From a virus (lineage: Duplodnaviria; Caudoviricetes), in IMG/VR virus record IMGVR_UViG_3300020577_008200, positions 9,037 to 73,036 of that record: a stretch of DNA of 64,000 nt; one strand, 5' to 3'. Positions 55,664 to 64,000 of the stretch are shown piece by piece; position 1 is the stretch's first letter; every line of letters begins with the position of its first letter. Under the pieces are notes generated by a model. That model worked only from the letters and a program-made list of their open reading frames with translations. It did not search any database and was not told the origin of the DNA. The position numbers and the translations under genes are program-made.

Positions 55664-57646
55664 TTAGATTAATTTGAATAAAGCCTTTTCAATATCATCT
55701 TGTCTTCCTGGGAAACCCTGAAAGTTTGATATTGAGAAACATTCTCCAGTTCTCATCATATTTTCCATAACACTCTTCTTAACTCTTAAAGTCCCAACAG
55801 GCAATTTAACTCCTGTATTAAAATCTTTAAGTGTTCCCATTACGTCTCCCCAGCTATTAAGAATAATAACATAAGGGTCCGAATATTCATCATCAATACC
55901 TATTACACAATTGTGAACCGTTATTCCATTTAATATATAAGAATGAACATCTTCGACTTCAAAATTATAAACTAGTCCCTTATAATTTTCAAATTCAACT
56001 GAGTCCACATTCATAGAATAATAATTATTTTTCCATCTATTAAATTTTGGAGTTACATTTTCGTTATTTTCAAACCATTCTATTACATAGACTTTATTCC
56101 AATTTTTAGCATAATCCGACTTATGAATTCTTTCTGAAACATATGGTTTTTCACCAAAAGATAATAAAATAGAGTGTATTTGGTCTATTAATTTAACACT
56201 AGTATTTACTATTCTCTTACAATTCTTGCTATCTTTTACTAAATTTCCATCTCCATCAAAAATTCCTTTAAGTACCTCTTTTAGATTCCATTTTCCATTA
56301 AATAACCATTCTGGTAATACTTTATTAGTTTTCTTATTAAACCATTTAATCATACTATTTGCTAAAACCGAAGAATATGTTATTATTCTAGTATAATTTC
56401 CTTTATATTTTACATGAGGTTCTAAACCTAATTTTTCAATAGACTTACAAGCTCTATCTATTTCTTCAATTTGATGAGAACCTAAAGTTATTACCATTTT
56501 ATGATTTGCGTCAGCACCACCATCCGCTACATATAAACCGAATAGCCACGCTATATCATCATCTTCTATTAATCTATTTAATTTAGACTCCTTAATCCAT
56601 TGAGGAGTTTCTATATTATTAGATAAGTTTATTAATGGGCAAACAACCTTGTCTCCCTTTTTAACATCTTCAGCATTTATCCAGTCAAAAGTAATATCTT
56701 CATCTTCTTTAGTGTATTTACATTCATCGTTTTTCATTATTAACACTGGATGATTTTTTGTAACCTTAATTGCTAATGCTCCTTTAGCCTTAATTACAAC
56801 TATTTCTTCGTCTACCTCTCTTTGAAACACTTCCGTTACCTTATGTAAAGCACCATCATTACCATAAACATTATCCCCTATTTTCACATCCTCAATATAA
56901 GATGTTAACTCTGATTTAACTACACTATTAGGTAGACCGCACATCTGGTGGCCCCAATTTCCGCTAGCTTGGTGAAAACCAGTTGAGTCTGGAGTCATGG
57001 TAAAACCTTGATTGCTAGCAATTGTACATGGATATCCATTACAGATAGCATTCAATAATTTATCCCAAGTATCAATTTTAGCAGCAGATTTAACTAAATG
57101 TTTTTGTCCTAAAGGCTTCCATTTATTTAGATATTGGCTTCCATTAGAACTTCCCCAAGATTTAGCTACTGAACCGCTATATGGAGGCAAACCTTCGGCA
57201 TCAGAATTAATGATTCCATATTTAACAACTCCATCTGCCGCCCATGAGCCAAGAGAACCATCTTCCGAACCTAATTGATTTCCACCAATATCAACTCTAC
57301 TAATTCCATAGATATATGGCGGGAAAACTTTGGTATAAACTTCATTTTCGCCATTCAGTAGAATTTCACAACACATTAAATGTTCAATCGCATTCTTCAT
57401 ACCAAATGAGACACAGTCGCCTATTTCTTGAGGATAGTTTTCGGTGTCCTTACCAAGAACTTTTCGAGTAATATCAAATAACATCATACGTCTACTGGCA
57501 GCACCAACCACGTTTCTTAATTGAAATCTTTTGAAAGATTTACTATTTTTAAGTAAATTCCATTGATATTTAGCGGTATCTTCACCTAACCAACCTTTAA
57601 TACGTCCTGTTTGATAGTCTTTTTGTAACATAATTGACATTTTCAT
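55664..57646 (-). CDS. Papain-like (C1) cysteine peptidase with an intein
   Basis: QEIGDCVSFG (Gln/Cys), WGHQM|CVIG (His), IILNSWG (Asn). Confidence 0.88.
   Translation of the reverse strand: MKMSIMLQKDYQTGRIKGWLGEDTAKYQWNLLKNSKSFKRFQLRNVVGAASRRMMLFDITRKVLGKDTENYPQEIGDCVSFGMKNAIEHLMCCEILLNGENEVYTKVFPPYIYGISRVDIGGNQLGSEDGSLGSWAADGVVKYGIINSDAEGLPPYSGSVAKSWGSSNGSQYLNKWKPLGQKHLVKSAAKIDTWDKLLNAICNGYPCTIASNQGFTMTPDSTGFHQASGNWGHQMCGLPNSVVKSELTSYIEDVKIGDNVYGNDGALHKVTEVFQREVDEEIVVIKAKGALAIKVTKNHPVLIMKNDECKYTKEDEDITFDWINAEDVKKGDKVVCPLINLSNNIETPQWIKESKLNRLIEDDDIAWLFGLYVADGGADANHKMVITLGSHQIEEIDRACKSIEKLGLEPHVKYKGNYTRIITYSSVLANSMIKWFNKKTNKVLPEWLFNGKWNLKEVLKGIFDGDGNLVKDSKNCKRIVNTSVKLIDQIHSILLSFGEKPYVSERIHKSDYAKNWNKVYVIEWFENNENVTPKFNRWKNNYYSMNVDSVEFENYKGLVYNFEVEDVHSYILNGITVHNCVIGIDDEYSDPYVIILNSWGDVMGTLKDFNTGVKLPVGTLRVKKSVMENMMRTGECFSISNFQGFPGRQDDIEKALFKLI
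55910..56941 (-). mobile_element. Intein (344 aa) with LAGLIDADG endonuclease
   Basis: Starts CGLPNSVV; block B VTKNHP; GLYVADG and GIFDGDG; ends VYNFEVEDVHSYILNGITVHN; +1 residue is Cys. Confidence 0.92.
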
Positions 57647-58416
57647 TTCACCTCTTTTAGACCGGAAGAAATACCTTTAAATACATCTACATAGTCTTGT
57701 TTTGTCTTAAGTTTACCGTCAAGTTTAAGTTGATATAGGTAGTCTTGTAATTTATTAAAGAACTCATCCCACTCGGCTACTGGAACGTTAACACTAGCTA
57801 AAGCTTGTCTATTTGCTTCTTTAGTATCAGCTAGAGCCTGTTTCGTTTTATCAACATCTAATTCTGTGCCGGCAGCAATTTTAGCTGACATGCCACCAAA
57901 CGAATCTGCTAATTTAGAGGCAGCTAAAGCTTTAGTTTCCGTTTTTACAGTTTCATTTACAGTTCTAGTTATAAATTGAGGAAATGTTTCCAAAGATTTA
58001 ACTGTTATATCAACGTCAAATAGTTTATTGTAAACTAATACTTGATTTATTCTTCCTAATCTATCAGTATATAGATATAAATAACTTACACTAGCAAAGA
58101 CTTTATATTTATTTTCAGTAGAATTAAAGGTTACAAATTTTCCATCATTTTTGAAATCTTTATTAGTTAACAACCCGTCTTTATTAACAATAAATACTTT
58201 CCAACTTACTGAGTTACTAGAATAATTAGGAGGTTTAGTTCCTATGGGAGAAAGATTTAATTTTACTTCCTTACCCGATTCAACACTTAAATTACCTTCA
58301 ATCTTTTGAGATGGTACAACCAAATCAGCAGAGAAAGCACTGCCTACACTCGAAAATACTAACGTTAGAGCCACAAGGGAGGCGGTGGAAAACTTTTTGA
58401 GAACGACTTTTAACAT
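57643..58416 (-). CDS. Secreted/exported hypothetical protein
   Basis: Signal peptide ending AFSA; Ig-like N-terminal part and helical C-terminal part. Confidence 0.65.
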   Translation of the reverse strand: MLKVVLKKFSTASLVALTLVFSSVGSAFSADLVVPSQKIEGNLSVESGKEVKLNLSPIGTKPPNYSSNSVSWKVFIVNKDGLLTNKDFKNDGKFVTFNSTENKYKVFASVSYLYLYTDRLGRINQVLVYNKLFDVDITVKSLETFPQFITRTVNETVKTETKALAASKLADSFGGMSAKIAAGTELDVDKTKQALADTKEANRQALASVNVPVAEWDEFFNKLQDYLYQLKLDGKLKTKQDYVDVFKGISSGLKEVK

Positions 58417-58436
58417 GGTGTGCCTTTTCCTGCAAA
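58325..58436. repeat. Convergent motif pair spanning a start codon and signal-peptide region
   Basis: TCAGCAGAGAAAGCA ... TGCCTTTTCCTGCAAA. Confidence 0.75.
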
Positions 58437-58437
58437 T

Positions 58438-58650
58438 TTATTTTAATAATTTATCAATTTCATCTGTGTTATTAAAATTCTTAGCAATATTTGCTAGTAA
58501 CACAAAACTTTCTACTACATGTTCTTTAGCTAATAGTCCATTTACTATATTTAAAATTTTTACAGCTAAAGTATATTTTGGGTCAACATTAGATGTTCCC
58601 AATTGGACAATATCTTGAATCAATGCTACATACTGTTTAGTATCCATCAT
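58438..58650 (-). CDS. Small helical hypothetical protein
   Basis: 70 aa. Confidence 0.5.
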   Translation of the reverse strand: MMDTKQYVALIQDIVQLGTSNVDPKYTLAVKILNIVNGLLAKEHVVESFVLLANIAKNFNNTDEIDKLLK

Positions 58651-59152
58651 ATTTCTTTCTTAATAAGGTTAAAGCTTTTTTAATTTTGTTTTTGGCCGTT
58701 TGTTTACTAAAACCGTTTTTATGCCCTATTTCTTCCATAGTCATGCCGTTATAGTAATAGTCTATTAAAATTTCTCTATCATCATTATTTAGCAATTCTA
58801 AATAATCCAAAATTTCTTTTTTAACATCATTTTTAGCTTTTTCATATTTACTTTGAGATTCATCGTAATCTTCGTTTAAATTTACCATTGATACAGTTTT
58901 AATATTTCTTTTCTTTTCTTCTAATTTTCTAAGGCATTCCCAATTCACAAATTTATACAGTGAAGAAGTAAACTTTTGTCTTCCAGGCTCATGTTTTTTT
59001 AGACAGTTCCATAAAGCCTGAAGTCCGCAATCAATTAAATCATCATAATCTATTTGCTTAGAATATTTTCTAGTAACACTATTAATCAGTTTAATATTAT
59101 CACTATTTTTGTAAGCTAGCTCGAACTCTTCGTTTGTTATTGTTTTTGACAC
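58637..59152 (-). CDS. Sigma70-family (ECF-sized) RNA polymerase sigma factor
   Basis: Region 2 DLIDCGLQALW...KFTSSLY; region 4 GMTMEEIG...SKQTAKNKIKKAL. Confidence 0.85.
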   Translation of the reverse strand: MSKTITNEEFELAYKNSDNIKLINSVTRKYSKQIDYDDLIDCGLQALWNCLKKHEPGRQKFTSSLYKFVNWECLRKLEEKKRNIKTVSMVNLNEDYDESQSKYEKAKNDVKKEILDYLELLNNDDREILIDYYYNGMTMEEIGHKNGFSKQTAKNKIKKALTLLRKKYDGY

Positions 59153-59807
59153 TTAATTTTCCTTTATTGTTTTTAGGAAGTTCGGTATCAAGAATTTTAT
59201 CTATTATTCTTCTTTCGATTGCTTCCTCGGCGTTTAACCATAAACCTTTATCCATATCTGATACAAATTTTTTAATCTGTTTGTCAGTCTTAAGTCCCAT
59301 TCTTTTACCTATCATTTCATTTATTATTTTATTTTTTTCTTTAATAAAAGCCGTCATCTTTTCTTGGTAGTCTGAATAATCTTGTCCTAATCCGTAAGAA
59401 ACTGGATGTAGCATAATACTTGAATTAGGTCTAGCATATCTATATCCAATTGACCCCATGATTAATATTAGGGCTGCGGCAGAATAAGCTTTCCCGGTTA
59501 CAATTGTACTAACTGTGATTCCGCTATTTTGCACAGCCATCATTTCGTCTATAATTGATAGCTCTGCGTCAACCTCTCCTCCACAACTATGTATAATTAA
59601 ATGAATAGGCTTATCATTTTCTTCAGCAAAGTAATGAAGTTGAGAAATCACTGAGATAGCACTATCCTCATTAACATCTCCCCATAAATAAATACGTCTA
59701 TTTTGAGCAGCATTTTTATTTAAGATACTAGTAAAATTATAATCTTTTTCTTCAATCTCGAAATCTTCATTTTCTTCATTTTTACCAAGATTTACAAATT
59801 TGCGCAT
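59103..59807 (-). CDS. clpP: ClpP-like protease subunit
   Basis: RRIYLWG, IHSCGGEV, GKAYSAAAL (Ser), IMLHP (His), WLNAEEA. Start refined to 59807 (GGAG SD). Confidence 0.88.
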   Translation of the reverse strand: MRKFVNLGKNEENEDFEIEEKDYNFTSILNKNAAQNRRIYLWGDVNEDSAISVISQLHYFAEENDKPIHLIIHSCGGEVDAELSIIDEMMAVQNSGITVSTIVTGKAYSAAALILIMGSIGYRYARPNSSIMLHPVSYGLGQDYSDYQEKMTAFIKEKNKIINEMIGKRMGLKTDKQIKKFVSDMDKGLWLNAEEAIERRIIDKILDTELPKNNKGKLSVKNNNKRRVRASLQK

Positions 59808-60360
59808 TTGGATACTCCAATAACTTTTTTTCAACCACTTCTTTACTATCATTACCAAAAAGTTTTATTTCTTCCTTTTCTGTGATAGCAATGAACCAAT
59901 GTTTGTATTTGGCTTGCATTTGCTGTTTAATAGCATCGAGGTGATTTTTGGGCTGCTGAATTGGAGTCTGATTTGGCTTTTGGGTGTCGTCATTAACACA
60001 TAAAACTTTTTCGATTTCTTCCTGAATAGCTTCTTCTTCAAATAATTTTCCAAAAGCTAATCTGGCTCTATATCTAGTGAATACATCTAAACCTTCGATT
60101 CCGTCCACTTTATTTAAAGTGTTACAGACTGGCTCACTCAAATTAAAGTTAGTATGCATCATCCAAAAATTATACAATTTACTAGGATTACCGTGTTCTG
60201 TGATTGGGATAATTCCCATTGGACCGATAATCATTTGATTGATGTGGGTATCTTTCTTAACATTTTTATTTTTCCAATTATCGGTATCCTCATCATCTTC
60301 ATCATCTTCAACATCAAATGGGCTGTTCCATTTTTCCCATTTAATTCTCTTTTTTAGCAT
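59782..60360 (-). CDS. Hypothetical protein
   Basis: 192 aa; FWMMHTNF...VFTRYR. Confidence 0.6.
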   Translation of the reverse strand: MLKKRIKWEKWNSPFDVEDDEDDEDTDNWKNKNVKKDTHINQMIIGPMGIIPITEHGNPSKLYNFWMMHTNFNLSEPVCNTLNKVDGIEGLDVFTRYRARLAFGKLFEEEAIQEEIEKVLCVNDDTQKPNQTPIQQPKNHLDAIKQQMQAKYKHWFIAITEKEEIKLFGNDSKEVVEKKLLEYPNAQICKSW

Positions 60361-61204
60361 GGATTTTACTCCTAGATTTTATGATAGTTTTACTATCAAA
60401 GACGACACGATTTTCGTTTTGTAAGAACTTGCGATATTGTTTCCACCCTCTAAGGTTACCACAGAATTCGGGTTTGTCAAGGGCGATTGCACAATGTTCA
60501 AAGGGACTCATATGTCCAGATTTAATCAAATTATTATGTAATTCTTTATCTTTTTCATAAGAAATTTGATTATCAAATGTCATATATGACAATCTGGCAC
60601 AACGGGCAGTACAAACTTCTAAAAGTTTATCTATTGTTGGATAATCTTTTGTAAATTTATCTGAGAACGGTAGATGCCATTCTCCAACTTTCAATTGATT
60701 AGGAACACTATTTTGATAACATCCCAACATTTGAAATGCTAGTTCCTGAATTTCAGGCTGAGCATCAATATGCGCTCTAAGATTAAAAAAATTACCATAT
60801 TCAGTAGCAGTACATATAACTGTAATGTGAGTGTAAGGCTCTAGTATTCGATTGACTAGTTGTTTATGAAGATTGAGCTGGTTCAATAATTTAGCATAGC
60901 GTACCGCTTCCATACGAGACTGATTCCAACATTGTATAGCTAACTCTTTATCTATTCCAGTTAGTTCTTCCATTGCCTGCATACCTTTTTGGTTTTTACC
61001 CCAAAACATAGGCATAGCTGGTGAAGATTCAGCTTCTTGAATTAGATGTGTGACTGGACGAGCGCGAGATGAAGACGCATTACGAGAAAACATTCTGTGA
61101 GTCATCATTTCGCCATGAACCATTCTAGGATATGTGAGTAGAAAGCTTGTTAACCTATTACCAGAAGGATTCACACTATCACATATTATTTTGGCTTCTA
61201 TCAT
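60341..61204 (-). CDS. thyX: FAD-dependent thymidylate synthase
   Basis: THRMFSRNASSSRA, NRILEP, FFNLR, CARLSY, HMSPFEH. Confidence 0.88.
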   Translation of the reverse strand: MIEAKIICDSVNPSGNRLTSFLLTYPRMVHGEMMTHRMFSRNASSSRARPVTHLIQEAESSPAMPMFWGKNQKGMQAMEELTGIDKELAIQCWNQSRMEAVRYAKLLNQLNLHKQLVNRILEPYTHITVICTATEYGNFFNLRAHIDAQPEIQELAFQMLGCYQNSVPNQLKVGEWHLPFSDKFTKDYPTIDKLLEVCTARCARLSYMTFDNQISYEKDKELHNNLIKSGHMSPFEHCAIALDKPEFCGNLRGWKQYRKFLQNENRVVFDSKTIIKSRSKIHAKKEN

Positions 61205-61470
61205 AATATCTCATCAATATCACATAAACTAATAACTCTTTCCCCAGATTCAACATTGCAAAAAATGTTTCCATAAGAATCAACAGATTTAACTGTAGCA
61301 TCTTCTTCCGGAAGATATTCATGCTTGATGGTATAAATTTTACTCAACTTTACTTTTCTACCAATTAATAATTTAGTAACTAATTTATTAAGAGTATTGA
61401 TTTCGACTTTTAAGTCACAAATTCTTTCATAATTATAATCAATAACATCATCACCGTCCGAATTAGTCAT
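61201..61470 (-). CDS. Small hypothetical protein
   Basis: 89 aa. Confidence 0.5.
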   Translation of the reverse strand: MTNSDGDDVIDYNYERICDLKVEINTLNKLVTKLLIGRKVKLSKIYTIKHEYLPEEDATVKSVDSYGNIFCNVESGERVISLCDIDEIL

Positions 61471-61471
61471 A

Positions 61472-61867
61472 TTATCCTCTCACTTTAAAAACTGCTAAAG
61501 GGCTTATTAATGGACTATTAACTTCTTCTGCTAATTTCTTCTTTCTTTCAACCAACATATTTTCCATCATCCCAAACATAGTTTGAACTAATTCTTGAGA
61601 CCCGGTTCTATTTCCTTGATTAGTGATGGATGGAATTATATATTGAAGCATCTCTTCCCGAAAGAAGTTAATAACTAATTTAGAATAATCTTGAGCAATA
61701 GTTACTAACTGTTCTTTAGAATTATATTCTGGCCAACCACAAACCACTTTTACATTTTTATCTTTAGAGAATAAGAGTGATAGAGTACACCCATTGAAAG
61801 TGAAACTACTTCGCTCATCCTGTTTTACTTCTTCTTTTTTCTCTTCTTTTCGTTTAAAGAATCTCAT
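61472..61867 (-). CDS. Hypothetical protein
   Basis: 131 aa. Confidence 0.55.
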   Translation of the reverse strand: MRFFKRKEEKKEEVKQDERSSFTFNGCTLSLLFSKDKNVKVVCGWPEYNSKEQLVTIAQDYSKLVINFFREEMLQYIIPSITNQGNRTGSQELVQTMFGMMENMLVERKKKLAEEVNSPLISPLAVFKVRG

Positions 61868-62432
61868 TTTTACTCCTTAGAATATTTATTAATTCTCTTA
61901 TAGATACAGGTTCCATATCATCTATACGATGAAATATTGAATCAAGTATAAAGTCCTGTTTATAAAGATACATGCAAGAGTTATCGTCTCCACCAGCAGT
62001 AATAGTTTTAAAAGGTTTATTTTCTTCACAAAACTTTTTAAGGCTAGTTACACTAGTTAACCAGATTGACATTGGATTAGTAATAACATGACACCAAATA
62101 TCTGCTGTAGTAGCCGTCAAACCGCTTGGAGTTCCACTTTTGGAATTGAAAAACTCGATAGCTATATTACCGGACTTAGCTGCATACAGGTCATATTTAA
62201 CTTCAAAAGTGACAGTGTCTTTATTATAGAATGTCGCCTGCACATCCCATTCTCTTTTTTCTTTCATTTTTTTAGCTGGATTCAATATGCTGGGTAGATT
62301 AGCTTTTTCCAAAACATTTTGTAATAGCTTTTCTCCTTGAGTGCCAATTGCTAGACTAATAGATATACTTTTTTTGGGAGGTGACATTTTATACTTCCTT
62401 ACCACAGATGTTACATTCAGTAGAACTATCAT
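61854..62432 (-). CDS. Putative PD-(D/E)XK nuclease-fold protein
   Basis: WDV...FEVKYD...SGNIAIE...SGLTATTADIW. Confidence 0.55.
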   Translation of the reverse strand: MIVLLNVTSVVRKYKMSPPKKSISISLAIGTQGEKLLQNVLEKANLPSILNPAKKMKEKREWDVQATFYNKDTVTFEVKYDLYAAKSGNIAIEFFNSKSGTPSGLTATTADIWCHVITNPMSIWLTSVTSLKKFCEENKPFKTITAGGDDNSCMYLYKQDFILDSIFHRIDDMEPVSIRELINILRSKNEIL

Positions 62433-62700
62433 TATTACCAGAAGGGTCTGGATAATAAGTAGTTAAATGATGTTTACAGGAAGCCTGAATTCTAGAAATT
62501 TCATCATTCTTTTCTTGAATATGTTTTCGGAAATTTTTTTCATAATCCCGTTTATCTTTTTCTAGTTCGTTCATTTTACTTGAAATTCTTTCAGCTTCTT
62601 CTAAAATGTCTAGAATTTCTTTGGCTATAACATTAGGAGAGCTAGCTCCTTTTTGAAAGTATGTGCCAATTATATTAGAAACTATTTTAAGTTTGTCCAT
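62389..62700 (-). CDS. Hypothetical protein
   Basis: 103 aa; C-terminal CKH...CNICG. Confidence 0.55.
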   Translation of the reverse strand: MDKLKIVSNIIGTYFQKGASSPNVIAKEILDILEEAERISSKMNELEKDKRDYEKNFRKHIQEKNDEISRIQASCKHHLTTYYPDPSGNNDSSTECNICGKEV

Positions 62701-63254
62701 TATGGAGTCCTTGAATTGTGGTGGTCAACTGGCTTATAGAATGTTTTAGTTCTTTTCATAACATCTTCAACTTCATGAACTGATAACGGTGAGAAGTTAT
62801 GGCAATCTACACCAACATCAAATGAAAATGAGTGTGGGTCATCAGGAAGAGTCCCGTGACTATGTCCGTAAAGAGAATAAGAACCGTGACTTGAATGATT
62901 CCAAACTTTTAGAGCATAGTGACAAAGTATTATATTTTTACCATATCCTCTATAGTTATAGATATCATACGTTTTACTAAATAAAGAACAAAAATCTTTA
63001 TCGTAATATCTATCGTGATTTCCAAATATTAGAACAATATTCTTACACTTCAACTGTTCACGAAATGTTCTAGCAGAAGCTTTTCCTCCCATCGCAAAAT
63101 CACCCAAATGATAAAGAGTATCATTTTCACCAACTTTATCATTAATATTTTTAACTAACGCTTTATTCATTTCAGCTACATCAGCAAATGGACGTTTGCA
63201 ATATGTAATGATATTTGAATGATTATAATGAGTGTCACTAACGAAGTAGTCCAT
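62700..63254 (-). CDS. Calcineurin-like phosphoesterase (phage type)
   Basis: SDTHYNH, HLGDF, GNHD, LCHY, YGHSH, FDVGVD. Confidence 0.92.
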   Translation of the reverse strand: MDYFVSDTHYNHSNIITYCKRPFADVAEMNKALVKNINDKVGENDTLYHLGDFAMGGKASARTFREQLKCKNIVLIFGNHDRYYDKDFCSLFSKTYDIYNYRGYGKNIILCHYALKVWNHSSHGSYSLYGHSHGTLPDDPHSFSFDVGVDCHNFSPLSVHEVEDVMKRTKTFYKPVDHHNSRTP

Positions 63255-63275
63255 GATTATCCTAATAATTATTTA

Positions 63276-63998
63276 TTAAACGTCTTGCTCCCACGGAGCA
63301 TCCCCTTCTTGTGTTACCTCTTCATCCCAAGTTATATCTTTAATCTTTTGTTCTTCAGTTACTATGACAGCATCAGGTCCGTCAAAACTAATCGGCTCGT
63401 CGTCTTTAGTCTTTTTCTTGCTGCCTTTCCCTTTGGGTACTCTTGGAGTTTTCTCTTTTGGAACCTTTGGAGCAACTTCCTTTTTCTCCACAGGCAATTT
63501 AGACAAATTGAATGTGGATACCGAGAACAAATTGACGAGCTTAGTAGGTATATTTTCATGCTTATCTACTTGTAAATCAGCGAAGTAATCTGCGGAAAAT
63601 GCTCCCATTCCACTTCGCTTAGTTGGACCGGAAAAATTACCATCTAATGGATTAGAAAAATGTCTCTGACAAATCTCTACCATTTTATTAATATCGTCTT
63701 CGTTAGCTTCTTCTCTCTGACAAGCCGCCAATCTATAAGCTAACATATTACCAACACCGATTAACATAGTAGCACTACCTTTAGTCCCAGAAGGAGGCGG
63801 GCACAACTTCATACCACCATTTAATAGATTGGGAGCTTTTTCAAGTAGTTTTTCATAAGCAGTAGCGATACATTTAGCCAACCAAGTTTCATCTCTATTG
63901 GCCCATTTTGCAATCTTAGCTCCACCGACTAATGAGGTAGCTATATCAGAAGCACCTTTGGCACTTAGAGAAGCAATAGGAACTCCTGAAATTCCACT
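63276..63998 (-). CDS. Hypothetical protein, 5'-truncated by the window edge
   Basis: The frame stays open to the window end upstream of the TTG at 63881. Confidence 0.55.
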   Translation of the reverse strand, partial: SGISGVPIASLSAKGASDIATSLVGGAKIAKWANRDETWLAKCIATAYEKLLEKAPNLLNGGMKLCPPPSGTKGSATMLIGVGNMLAYRLAACQREEANEDDINKMVEICQRHFSNPLDGNFSGPTKRSGMGAFSADYFADLQVDKHENIPTKLVNLFSVSTFNLSKLPVEKKEVAPKVPKEKTPRVPKGKGSKKKTKDDEPISFDGPDAVIVTEEQKIKDITWDEEVTQEGDAPWEQDV

Positions 63999-64000
63999 GC

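Larger units (their letters stand above)
3860..58436. repeat. Dispersed oriented 15-bp motif TNNGCAGRRRARGCA (20 copies)
   Basis: Copies: 3860-3874(-), 6687-6701(+), 7050-7064(-), 10532-10546(+), 12050-12064(-), 15050-15064(+, variant), 15071-15085(-), 25963-25977(+), 27944-27957(-, 1 nt short), 32892-32906(+), 32991-33005(-), 42349-42363(+), 42523-42537(-), 45098-45112(+), 47119-47133(+), 47196-47210(-), 51744-51758(+, variant), 52847-52861(-, variant), 58325-58339(+), 58421-58436(-, 1 nt long). Found by eye, so the list may be incomplete. Confidence 0.85.

Noticed and set aside
4459-63588. Numerous short + strand ORFs in the ORF track overlapping - strand genes (e.g. 4459, 15050, 27742, 52089, 63219), and the - strand ORF 14974-15195
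   Set aside because: They are shadows of well-supported genes or intergenic DNA, with no SD or domain motifs.
1-64000. tRNA, rRNA and CRISPR arrays
   Set aside because: Intergenic gaps are short, and no cloverleaf, T-loop or regularly spaced repeat array was recognised by eye. A tRNAscan-SE run would be needed to exclude them formally.

Overview
A 64-kb AT-rich (by eye about 30% GC) slice of a large tailed-phage genome, standard code 11. Positions 1-3357 hold two + strand, probably virion, genes. Almost everything else is densely packed on the - strand. Replication and recombination genes: a DnaE-type polymerase split into three separate genes without inteins, DnaQ, DnaB, primase, SSB, RecA, a Rad52-like annealer, a Whirly-like protein and PD-(D/E)XK nucleases. 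Nucleotide metabolism genes: class Ic-like NrdAB, ThyX, dNMP kinase, GMP reductase, HD and Nudix hydrolases, NADAR. There are two roughly 10-kb glycosylation/sugar-nucleotide clusters, a sigma factor, ClpP, PhoH and a secreted-protease module. Mobile elements are two inteins in unusual host proteins (a sugar C-methyltransferase and a papain-like peptidase) and free-standing homing endonucleases. The most unexpected signal is a dispersed, non-palindromic 15-bp motif, TNNGCAGRRRARGCA. I found 20 copies by eye (15 strict), in several reading frames inside genes. 18 of them form nine convergent (+ then -) pairs, and many are followed by strand-specific C-rich tracts. This looks like an undescribed cis-acting DNA-site system. 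No tRNA, rRNA or CRISPR array was recognised. All product calls come from motif recognition, not database searches.
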